Shown here piece by piece: positions 56,779 to 64,000 of a stretch of 64,000 nucleotides of DNA. Location of the stretch: NCBI GenBank assembly GCA_040954595.2, contig CM082584.2:11808552-11872551 (forward strand), read 5' to 3'. The stretch is from Balanoglossus misakiensis (lineage: Eukaryota > Animalia > Hemichordata). A model generated the notes under the pieces. It worked only from the letters and a program-made list of their open reading frames with translations, was not told the origin of the DNA and did not search any database. A program made the translations under genes and the position numbers. Position 1 is the stretch's first letter. The number at the start of each line of letters is the position of its first letter.

Positions 56779-57000
56779 CTGTGTGTTGCCTTTCATTGCA
56801 GCTACATGTGCCGGCGTGTTGCCTAGCTTGTCCTGAAGAGTCAGATCGGCGCCCTTCTCAACCAGAACTTTCAGAGTCTCCACGTAACCCGATTGAGCGG
56901 CATCATGGATCGGTGCCCTCAAGAAATCGTCGGTCTCGTTCGGATTGGCCCCGTTCTCCAGAAGCATTCGGGCGATGTCGGCGTTACTGAAATTCATTGT
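56779..57000 (-). CDS. INK4/CDKN2-like gene, coding exon 2 (ankyrin repeats 2-4)
   Basis: Acceptor AATTCGCAG|. Translates TMNFSNADIARMLLENGANPNETDDFLRAPIHDAAQSGYVETLKVLVEKGADLTLQDKLGNTPAHVAAMKGNTQ, aligning with p16/p18 (…VAELLL.HGA.PN..D…PVHDAAR.GFLDTL..L…GA…D..G.LP..LA). Donor CAG|GTAAGC; 222 nt, phase 0/0. Confidence 0.92.
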
Positions 57001-58042
57001 CTGCGAATTGGTGATGAGAAGTGGTATAAATGCAAACTCATCATTCAATGAAGGTAAACGAAATTTTTTTTCACTCATTAAAGGATTTAAGAAGCATAAC
57101 ATACAGTAAACTAAAAGGAGACATTTTTTCATTCCATCTCTGCGGCGTTGCTTCTGAATTCTTTAAAGCCCCGAGTAATTTCACTGATTGTCGCTATCTT
57201 CCAGGCGCGTATAATCAGTAATTCCTCCTGATATATTGACGTCACACCAGAATAGCATCGACCTTTCACCCTCTGAGAGAAAGAACGACGCCGACATCTT
57301 TCTATTTTGGAACAGCGCCTCTCTGCATAAGTCAGAAGTTTGTCCTACCACGAAAATAAATGTAGTTGCAAAAAAAACGAGCGCCGCAAAGCAAGGCAAT
57401 ATTTTCCTCTTGTGCTAGTCATAACAGCGTCAGAACTTCCTCCAAGTTACATAATAATATAACCGTCCTTCATGTTAAAAATATTCCGGCGTTGGCAGAC
57501 TTGCTCTTAAGGCTGAACTCGTTTTAAAATTGGCCGGGGCACTGTGAGATCAGAAGATCGATTTGAAGGGCAAGACATACACACCACATGTGATATAATG
57601 ACGTCATTCTAAAATTGAAATACTGTCAACTCTCATTTGGCTTCCCCGCAATAACCTCTGCATGGGAATATTGACAGACGGCAGTTCAGACTGACAGAAA
57701 AAAATGCACTCCAAGAGGATGTTTACGATGATCACATGGACGGTTGGCATTTTATTATGTAATGGATCACATTTAAAAAAATTGTGACCAGTGATATATT
57801 TACCAGAGAAAAACAATCACAAAGCCACTTGTTCGATAACTGGTCGGAAAAAAATTATCACGGTGACTTGTATCACGTTTCACATCAAATTCAGACGCGC
57901 ATGCCTTTTCAAAATAACTTATGGTGTACAAATGTACGTAGAAGAATTCTCAACCAGAGTGTAAAATGTGAACTAAAATATGATTCAGTTTGAGGTAATT
58001 GATGTGTTTTCAAAGATGCAAATTTACACGAAGGCGACTAAC

Positions 58043-58183
58043 CTGTATGGCCGTCCTGTTGTAAGTGTTGCGTTGGTGGACGCTCACTCCTCGGGCAAGG
58101 AGATCGCGAACGGCGACTTCATCTCCCCTGGCCGCAGCTTGCGGCAACGACAGCTGCTGGACTTGTCCGCCATGTTCGTCCAT
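58043..58183 (-). CDS. CDKN2: INK4/CDKN2-like (CDKN2C/p18-like) cyclin-dependent kinase 4/6 inhibitor, coding exon 1
   Basis: MDEHGGQVQQLSLPQAAARGDEVAVRDLLARGVSVHQRNTYNRTAIQ|GTTAGT matches the INK4 first repeat (L..AAARG..E.VR.LL..G...N..N.YGR.(P/A)IQV). The phase-0 intron falls after the same Gln as in vertebrate INK4 genes. An acceptor (TTTTTGTTCTTGCAG|CG ATG) lies 2 nt before the ATG. Full CDS is 603 nt = 200 aa. Confidence 0.9.
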
Positions 58184-61100
58184 CGCTGCAAGAACAAAAA
58201 TATTCGTGAGTCCGAACGTATCTTCAATTTTAAGCAACATATTGGCGTAGACGCATGCAGACAAGAGTCGCAGTAGTATTTTATTTGCACGTCTTCCTCG
58301 GTCGATGTTGCGATCAGTTCCTAGTATCTGTGGCAGTAAATCAGTCCTGGCGGCGTCGATGTTTCACATCACTTGCGCAGTGATTGAATAATTTCAGAAT
58401 AACGCGTTCACCGCCCCGTGTCCGAGCATCAAACAGACGCGAGGCTATATTCGGTTACACACACATACTTGGGGCGTTGGTTTAATGTGGGTATGCGAGT
58501 GTGCCGTATCACGGCTCGGCGCTCAAATTAGCCACATTAAAATTAGATTCAACCTTAGTATGGAAGATTAATTTACAGGTCAAGGCCAGGGGTCAATGTG
58601 CTTCTGGATTACGCGAAAAATAACTCTCGAGTCTCGATAAGGACTGTTAGTCCTAGTCCCAGATAGGGCCTATAGCCTATGCTCATGTTACTTCTCTAAG
58701 GAACCATTATTTTACCTAGTTATCTGTAATCCGATATTATAGTAGTTATACACCACATTACTGAAAGCGTATTGTGCTTTATCAGATTTTTTTTACAGAA
58801 GAATGCGATGAAAGTTCTTAAACCAATATTGCAAACTGCAATCCTAATTGACCTACCGACGAAACAATATTTAAAGGACATAACCGGTGTTGCGGCAAAA
58901 TCAAACATCTTTCTTTTCTAACGATGACTCGTATAACGTTTGCGCATTTGCTCACAGTGGAAACTGAAGTTCTAACACTGTAGTAAGAACTAGAATGTTT
59001 TCATCGCGTTGCGTGGCAACCCATGCATCTCTCTCGCGTGACTTTGTGTTCGACATCTCACCCGTCCGCCGCGCACGAACCTTAACCACGCGTTTACGTG
59101 TACGCACGTAAAAACGAAAGCATTGTCATTTCATATGAATGTGAATCTGGAACAAGTCCACCCTTGTTTGGAAAGTACGCTAAAACAATGGGTGCCGCCG
59201 TGTTTCAAGCATATAATTTGATTCAATCTTTGCATATTTTTTCATTGCTGCGTTATTATGGAACATATTTTTACACCCAACTTGTGACGCGCAAAAACAG
59301 GCAGGAAACGTCGGAGTTTACTCCGCGAAGCAGGAAACAAGCGCTTATCCCAAAATAGACTCAGACGAACTAAAATGAGATCATTTGAGTTCAGTTGCCT
59401 GAGATTCAATGCTCGGTTCTTTCGGGCAGCCACAACAGATGAATTGTTTAGGGTTATTAGTTTGTTCAACCTTTAAACAAAGTTAACCGGCTCAATCTTT
59501 GTCCGCGGTTTTACTGTGGCATAAATCAACGCCTGAATAAAAGAAGCGTTATGAATTGATTTTTTGTTTCACTTCCCATTCAATTCTTTCACTAGAAAAA
59601 AACATTCAGAATACACGTCACATCTGTGTCAATAAATCCGCTGTGAAATCGCGGAATAAAAATGGGCAGGTGCACAGTTACGAAAATTTAAAAAAATAAC
59701 ATACTAGTATGTTAGTATTCTTGTATACTATGAGTCATACTGAGTATGAGGAATGCGATAAAATAATGGAGGTATGTACTCACTTGTTAATTCCAGTGGG
59801 ATTTACGCAGGCCAAGTACGGATATAGCGATCGAGTTTAAGCGCTCCACTTCCAGTCTATAGTACACGGGCAAAGATGTCAGACACTACAGCATCGTACC
59901 GCAGGTGAAGGCAAGGCAGAAAACGTTTAAAACGGCATTGGAGTTTCTGAAATATTTAACAGTGACGTGCTTGTTCAACCATTGAATACAATTACGATTT
60001 ATGCTGAAAAGCATTAAATCATAAAATAACAGTGGCAAACGGTAGTTTCCGATCCCCGGGGCATTTCAGGTGAGATAATATGGTATGGCATTGCGTCCTG
60101 GCAATCGGTGCTGTTAATGTTGTGAGTAGGCGCTTACGATGCGAGTTATTTTGAAAGGCGCCACCACATGGCAATTATTTGTACCCTTCCTTCTTTCTTT
60201 CTGTATAATCTCAAAGTCGAAGTTCGGGTGTTGGTTTGTGTTTGGCCAGTGAAGATGGAATAACATGAATTATGGATAAATCATAATAATATGGGTAGAT
60301 CATAACTCATAATGTAATGGGATATAGACATTGCCAGCCTAAATGTTTTGTCACCTCTATTTATATTTCAGAACTAACAATGGCTAGCCTCATAGATGTC
60401 AGCAGGTCTCGCTCCACTGGCTTGATGCATACACCTGTCCTACTTAACGATGAGTCAGCCATCATTACTTGCGACGGTGGGTGAAATTATACCTTCTCGG
60501 GTAGGATATTAGTGAGGGGGATTTTTACAAAATGGATGTATCTCGAAATGAAACTCGAGCGCCAACAAAGATATATCACTTTCGGATGGCTCTAAAATCA
60601 CCGATGAGTCAGTTGTTCGTACCCGTCTTTGTAGGATTACGTGTCAGTATGTTTTCAGGACTTGCAAAATGTGTTTTTTCCCCAAAGTGACTAACAATCG
60701 GCAGTGAAAGTCCCCCCGTAATGTCAACATCCATCGGTATGGAAACTTCTAACAGGCTTTACCCCTGTGAACGCGAATCGAATTGTCACCGACGTATGAC
60801 ACAGATATGACAGGTGAAGTCCCCAGCCCCCGACGGAATGTCCCACCGTGTATTTTTGCCTTTCCAAGTAATTTAACAGTTTCGCTGCGAAAATTTACAC
60901 CCGCCTACGTTACCGAAAGTAAGGAGAAACGTAACGCAACAAGAGTTTGTCGCAGTAACACCAAGTCCGTCACTCACAAATGAAAAAACAGGAAAAACTT
61001 GAAGGGAGGGGAATGTCCTGCCTGAAAAGTAGATTTCTCCCATAGAATCGAGCAATGACACGTGTACACGAACGTTTAGAGCGGAAGCCTCCTGTTCAGA

Positions 61101-61420
61101 CCTGGGGTTGGACCTTGAATGACATATGCTGAAATACTAGACATACATGTCTTCTTTTTCCCCGGGCTCTCATTGTTTTTGAACCCCCAAAATATTTTAA
61201 TGACAGATAAAAATTTCTCCTGGAATGGATTCGTGTCAGGGCATGTCTCGAGATCGGTGACGATCGATGCGTGACCTCATGAACTTGTTCAACTGGACGA
61301 CACCCCTATAGTTATGATAGTCCCTGGAAATGCAGTTGCACGGGGGATGACTCACTTTCTTCGGGACAAGTGGATACATGTCTGTTTTCGGGAAGTACAG
61401 TCACTTTCGCAACTACCAAT

Positions 61421-61670
61421 CCCGAGGGGGGGGGGGTACTCCCACTATTTTCATATGGAGGTGTGCGGTTCAAGACACCAACCCATGTATATACTCTGGT
61501 CACTTACCGTTATTGTGTTTCATGTGAAGTTTTTTTTCTCGATAGTATTGAGACTTTTCCTGATTTATAGACCTATGTTTCGGGGTTGTTTTAGGGTGAA
61601 AAGTTGACCCATATTTAGTGATTTTTAAATTAAAAAGTGACCAATTCGGGTGGCATTCCCGTTACAGCCG
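61421..61670. mobile_element. Probable remnant of a non-autonomous DNA transposon/MITE (CCCG-G(n)-TACTC end)
   Basis: Begins CCCGAGGGGGGGGGGGTACTCCC...ATATGGAGGTGTGCGG and contains repeated GACC(C/T)AT...TT motifs, a type of repeat end I recall from marine invertebrate genomes. No matching right-hand inverted end was found, so it is truncated or misidentified. Confidence 0.4.
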
Positions 61671-61937
61671 TATACCATGACTGTCTGTCGGCACAGGTCT
61701 TTGTACAGCTTGCGAAACCAATAGTTTATCTCGGAATTTTAGTTGTTTTATCGGAGTTATATACAGCAAGTGTTCTGAGAAAAGCCTTGATAACACTTCC
61801 ACAGCGACTACTATTGTGATAACGCCTATCTTTGCACAAGTTTTACGATGGGAACGCAACACATGCCAACTTGGAATTATAAATAGTTTTGACTAAATTC
61901 AAATTACCAACGATTTATCGGTATGACTATGAGGATT

Positions 61938-62002
61938 TGAGAGAGTGAGAGAGAGAGAGGGTGGGAGAGACAGAGAGAGAGAGAGAGAGGGGGGGGGGAG
62001 GG
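61938..62002. repeat. (GA)n/poly-G purine-rich simple repeat
   Basis: GAGAGAGTGAGAGAGAGAGAGGG...GAGAGAGAGGGGGGGGGGAGGG read directly. Similar tracts lie at about 40340-40375 and 56511-56560. Confidence 0.85.
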
Positions 62003-62407
62003 ACTACAATACCGTTATGACATCTGACCTTAACTGATGGTTGCTATGGTTATCAACAATGCATACCGACGCCACAGACCCGGCGATTGCAACTGTGCAC
62101 TGTGCAAGTGCAAATCTAGTTTGCTTATTACACGATTCCAGAATTTCAGATGCAAGGAAGGAGGTGCAGTCCACTCCACCTACATGATATTTTAATTTTG
62201 TAGTATGGGAGACTTTAAAAGTGCAAATAAAACATAGGCCTGGGACTTCGACATTGTGTTTTAACGGTGGCCTTGTTCACGCTCCGATCAATTAAATCTG
62301 TGTCTGTGTCTAACTTGAAATAAAGCACGTATTAGAGCACACAGTCGTTTGGACAACTCGATGACACTAAAACTTGCAAATAAACGAAATCAAATCGATG
62401 TACTCAC

Positions 62408-63046
62408 CCGAGCGACATTTTCACAAACAAGCGTCCGTCATGATCGCGTCTGCACGTAGGAACCGCAACTGCAATCTGGGCGTCGCGTCTATTTCGAGCT
62501 GTCAATTTCGGTAACCCGGCTGAAAGCCCGTGCACAGTAATTTTGAATAATTTGGGGGAGCGTACCACCCTCAGTCGACTGTCTGGTAAAAAAAATTACC
62601 CGATCTATATATGTGGTGTGTATTGCACGAATGTCCACCATACGCTTCCGTGTTTTAAAATAACCTCATGGGGACATAGGGTAGTTTAAAATACGGCGTC
62701 CAGTAGACCTTTAAATTTTCCCAGCCAATCCCAAACGGCTAGAATGTGTATTTTCAGACATGTCCTGAGCATGTTGAAATTTCGTGTAGTGATTGGTTGC
62801 GGCACTCTGCGCATCAATAGCTTATTCACCGACGCTGGGCATTGTGCCAACTTGTAAGTCTAATCTATTGTTACCACACGCGTGTGGCATCGCATGTCAC
62901 AACAATAAGATAAAAACAGTAGACGTCACAGATGCGAAGTACGCAGGATCAGACGTCGCAAAAGATGTCTGTTGAAAATGTCGTAAAAAGCAACAAATAC
63001 CGGAAATCAACACGACCATGCGCATTTCAGACATTGATAGACAACA
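62408..63046. promoter_or_regulatory. Putative bidirectional promoter region between the INK4-like gene (-) and FAF1 (+)
   Basis: Lies between a minus-strand donor (CGG|GTGAGTA at 62407) and the FAF1 ATG. Contains oppositely oriented CCAAT boxes (CAGCCAATC at about 62722, GATTGGTT at about 62791), GACGTCA at about 62922, an ETS-like CCGGAAA at about 63000 and an NRF1-like ATGCGCAT at about 63018. Confidence 0.55.
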
Positions 63047-63085
63047 ATGGCGGCGAATAGAGAAGAAATTCTAGCCAATTTTCAG
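63047..63085 (+). CDS. FAF1: FAS-associated factor 1 (UBA/UBX protein), first coding exon; the rest of the gene was not found in the window
   Basis: ACAATGGCG start gives MAANREEILANFQ|GTATTT, which matches the FAF1 N-terminus (human MASNMDREMILADFQ|ACTG) with a phase-0 intron after FQ. It is head-to-head with a CDKN2 gene, as FAF1 and CDKN2C are in vertebrates. Only 13 codons are visible. Confidence 0.8.
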
Positions 63086-64000
63086 GTATTTGGGGTGATA
63101 TTTTAATTATATTTCAATATATTGCCTATATTACGTCGTCATTAAGTTATCAGAAGTATTTAGGATATAACGGGTAATTTATCTGTTCAGAAACGATTTA
63201 TATTTTCAATAAATTGAGAATTATTAGTGCCATCGTGACGCAGCATCAACCGACTTTCTTCCGATGACTGAAAACAGAGTGGATAAAAATAAGAAACGTT
63301 TGTCTGATGGTCCACCTATCGTCCAGCCAATATCGGCCGTCAAATTACTCAGTCTTTTTGATATATATAGTCTACTTGCTCGATTTGCGTGAGGGAAATT
63401 CTCTCACCACGGGCGCGGACTACTTTTGACTGTAAACAGCTGATCAACGTTACATCATCGCCCGTTGGAAACGGGGATTATGGGCAAAACCCGGCAATAT
63501 GCCTTTTAAAGATACGTCATGTCGTTCTCATCCGTCTTTTACTGTTATTTGTTATGTGCGTGGGAAGAGAACTGCATATCGTTGATATATTTGCCACGAA
63601 TCCCAAGTAAAACGAGCCTCTCAGTGAAACTTGAAATGTAAACAAGCTCGAGCTCACTGTACTCAGAATGTAAATTTCATTTGGAGCGATTGCATAACCA
63701 GGTTAAACCCACATAAATAAAAAAGCAGGAGAACTCGATCAGCAGGCCCGAGAACTCGGCTAATTGGAAAAATTTGTCCGCTTTGTACCTGACCAGCTGT
63801 AATTTTGCCATTCATTGATTTTTCACAATTTGTGTGTCATCATTGCAGCCATTATTTATCAGCGGTTTAGTCAAGGTTCTTCCATGGTCATTTCACAAAG
63901 AAGTGACCATGGTCATTTCAACAGCATTTTCAACCTGCTGTTGGGAGATTATAAGGTCAAGTTGCAGTGCTCTCCAGTCAAATCTATAACACAGTCCTTA

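Noticed and set aside
56779-57000. ARF-like alternative reading frame through INK4 exon 2
   Set aside because: Splicing the 62418 ATG exon to exon 2 gives an immediate stop (GGA CAA TGA). The track shows no long same-strand alternate ORF, and there is no ARF similarity.
63882-63922. Short direct repeats (CCATGGTCATTTCA x2; also GTGTGATTCTACC x2 at about 27003 and 27035)
   Set aside because: Only two copies each, consistent with ordinary local duplication; not CRISPR-like and the context is eukaryotic.

Overview
Eukaryotic (metazoan) genomic DNA with spliced genes and long non-coding tracts. It is probably an invertebrate deuterostome such as a hemichordate, echinoderm or cephalochordate, inferred from Dmrt93B occurring together with an INK4 gene and vertebrate-like synteny. 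I assembled four genes by hand from splice sites and reading phase. (1) DMRTA/Dmrt4-5 (+): exons 2455-2884 and 10045-10961, 448 aa, DM and DMA domains. (2) Dmrt93B-like (+): exons 29770-30199 and 34083-34945, 430 aa from the first ATG. (3) INK4/CDKN2-like CDK4/6-inhibitor gene (-): exons 58183-58043, 57000-56779, 56508-56391 and 54861-54740, 200 aa. Its last exon is absent from the ORF track and encodes a SOCS box. (4) The first coding exon of FAF1 (+), 63047-63085, head-to-head with the INK4 gene. The main candidate novelty is the INK4-SOCS box fusion: a CDK4/6-inhibitor ankyrin fold joined to an Elongin B/C-cullin recruitment module, in the DMRTA-CDKN2-FAF1 neighbourhood known from human 1p32-33 and 9p21. 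The non-coding DNA shows no transposon ORFs but has repeated PBX-MEIS, RFX, DR1, CRE, DMRT and CTCF-like motifs, ATC/ACC microsatellites and small MITE-like elements. All homology calls come from recalled family sequences, not from searches.
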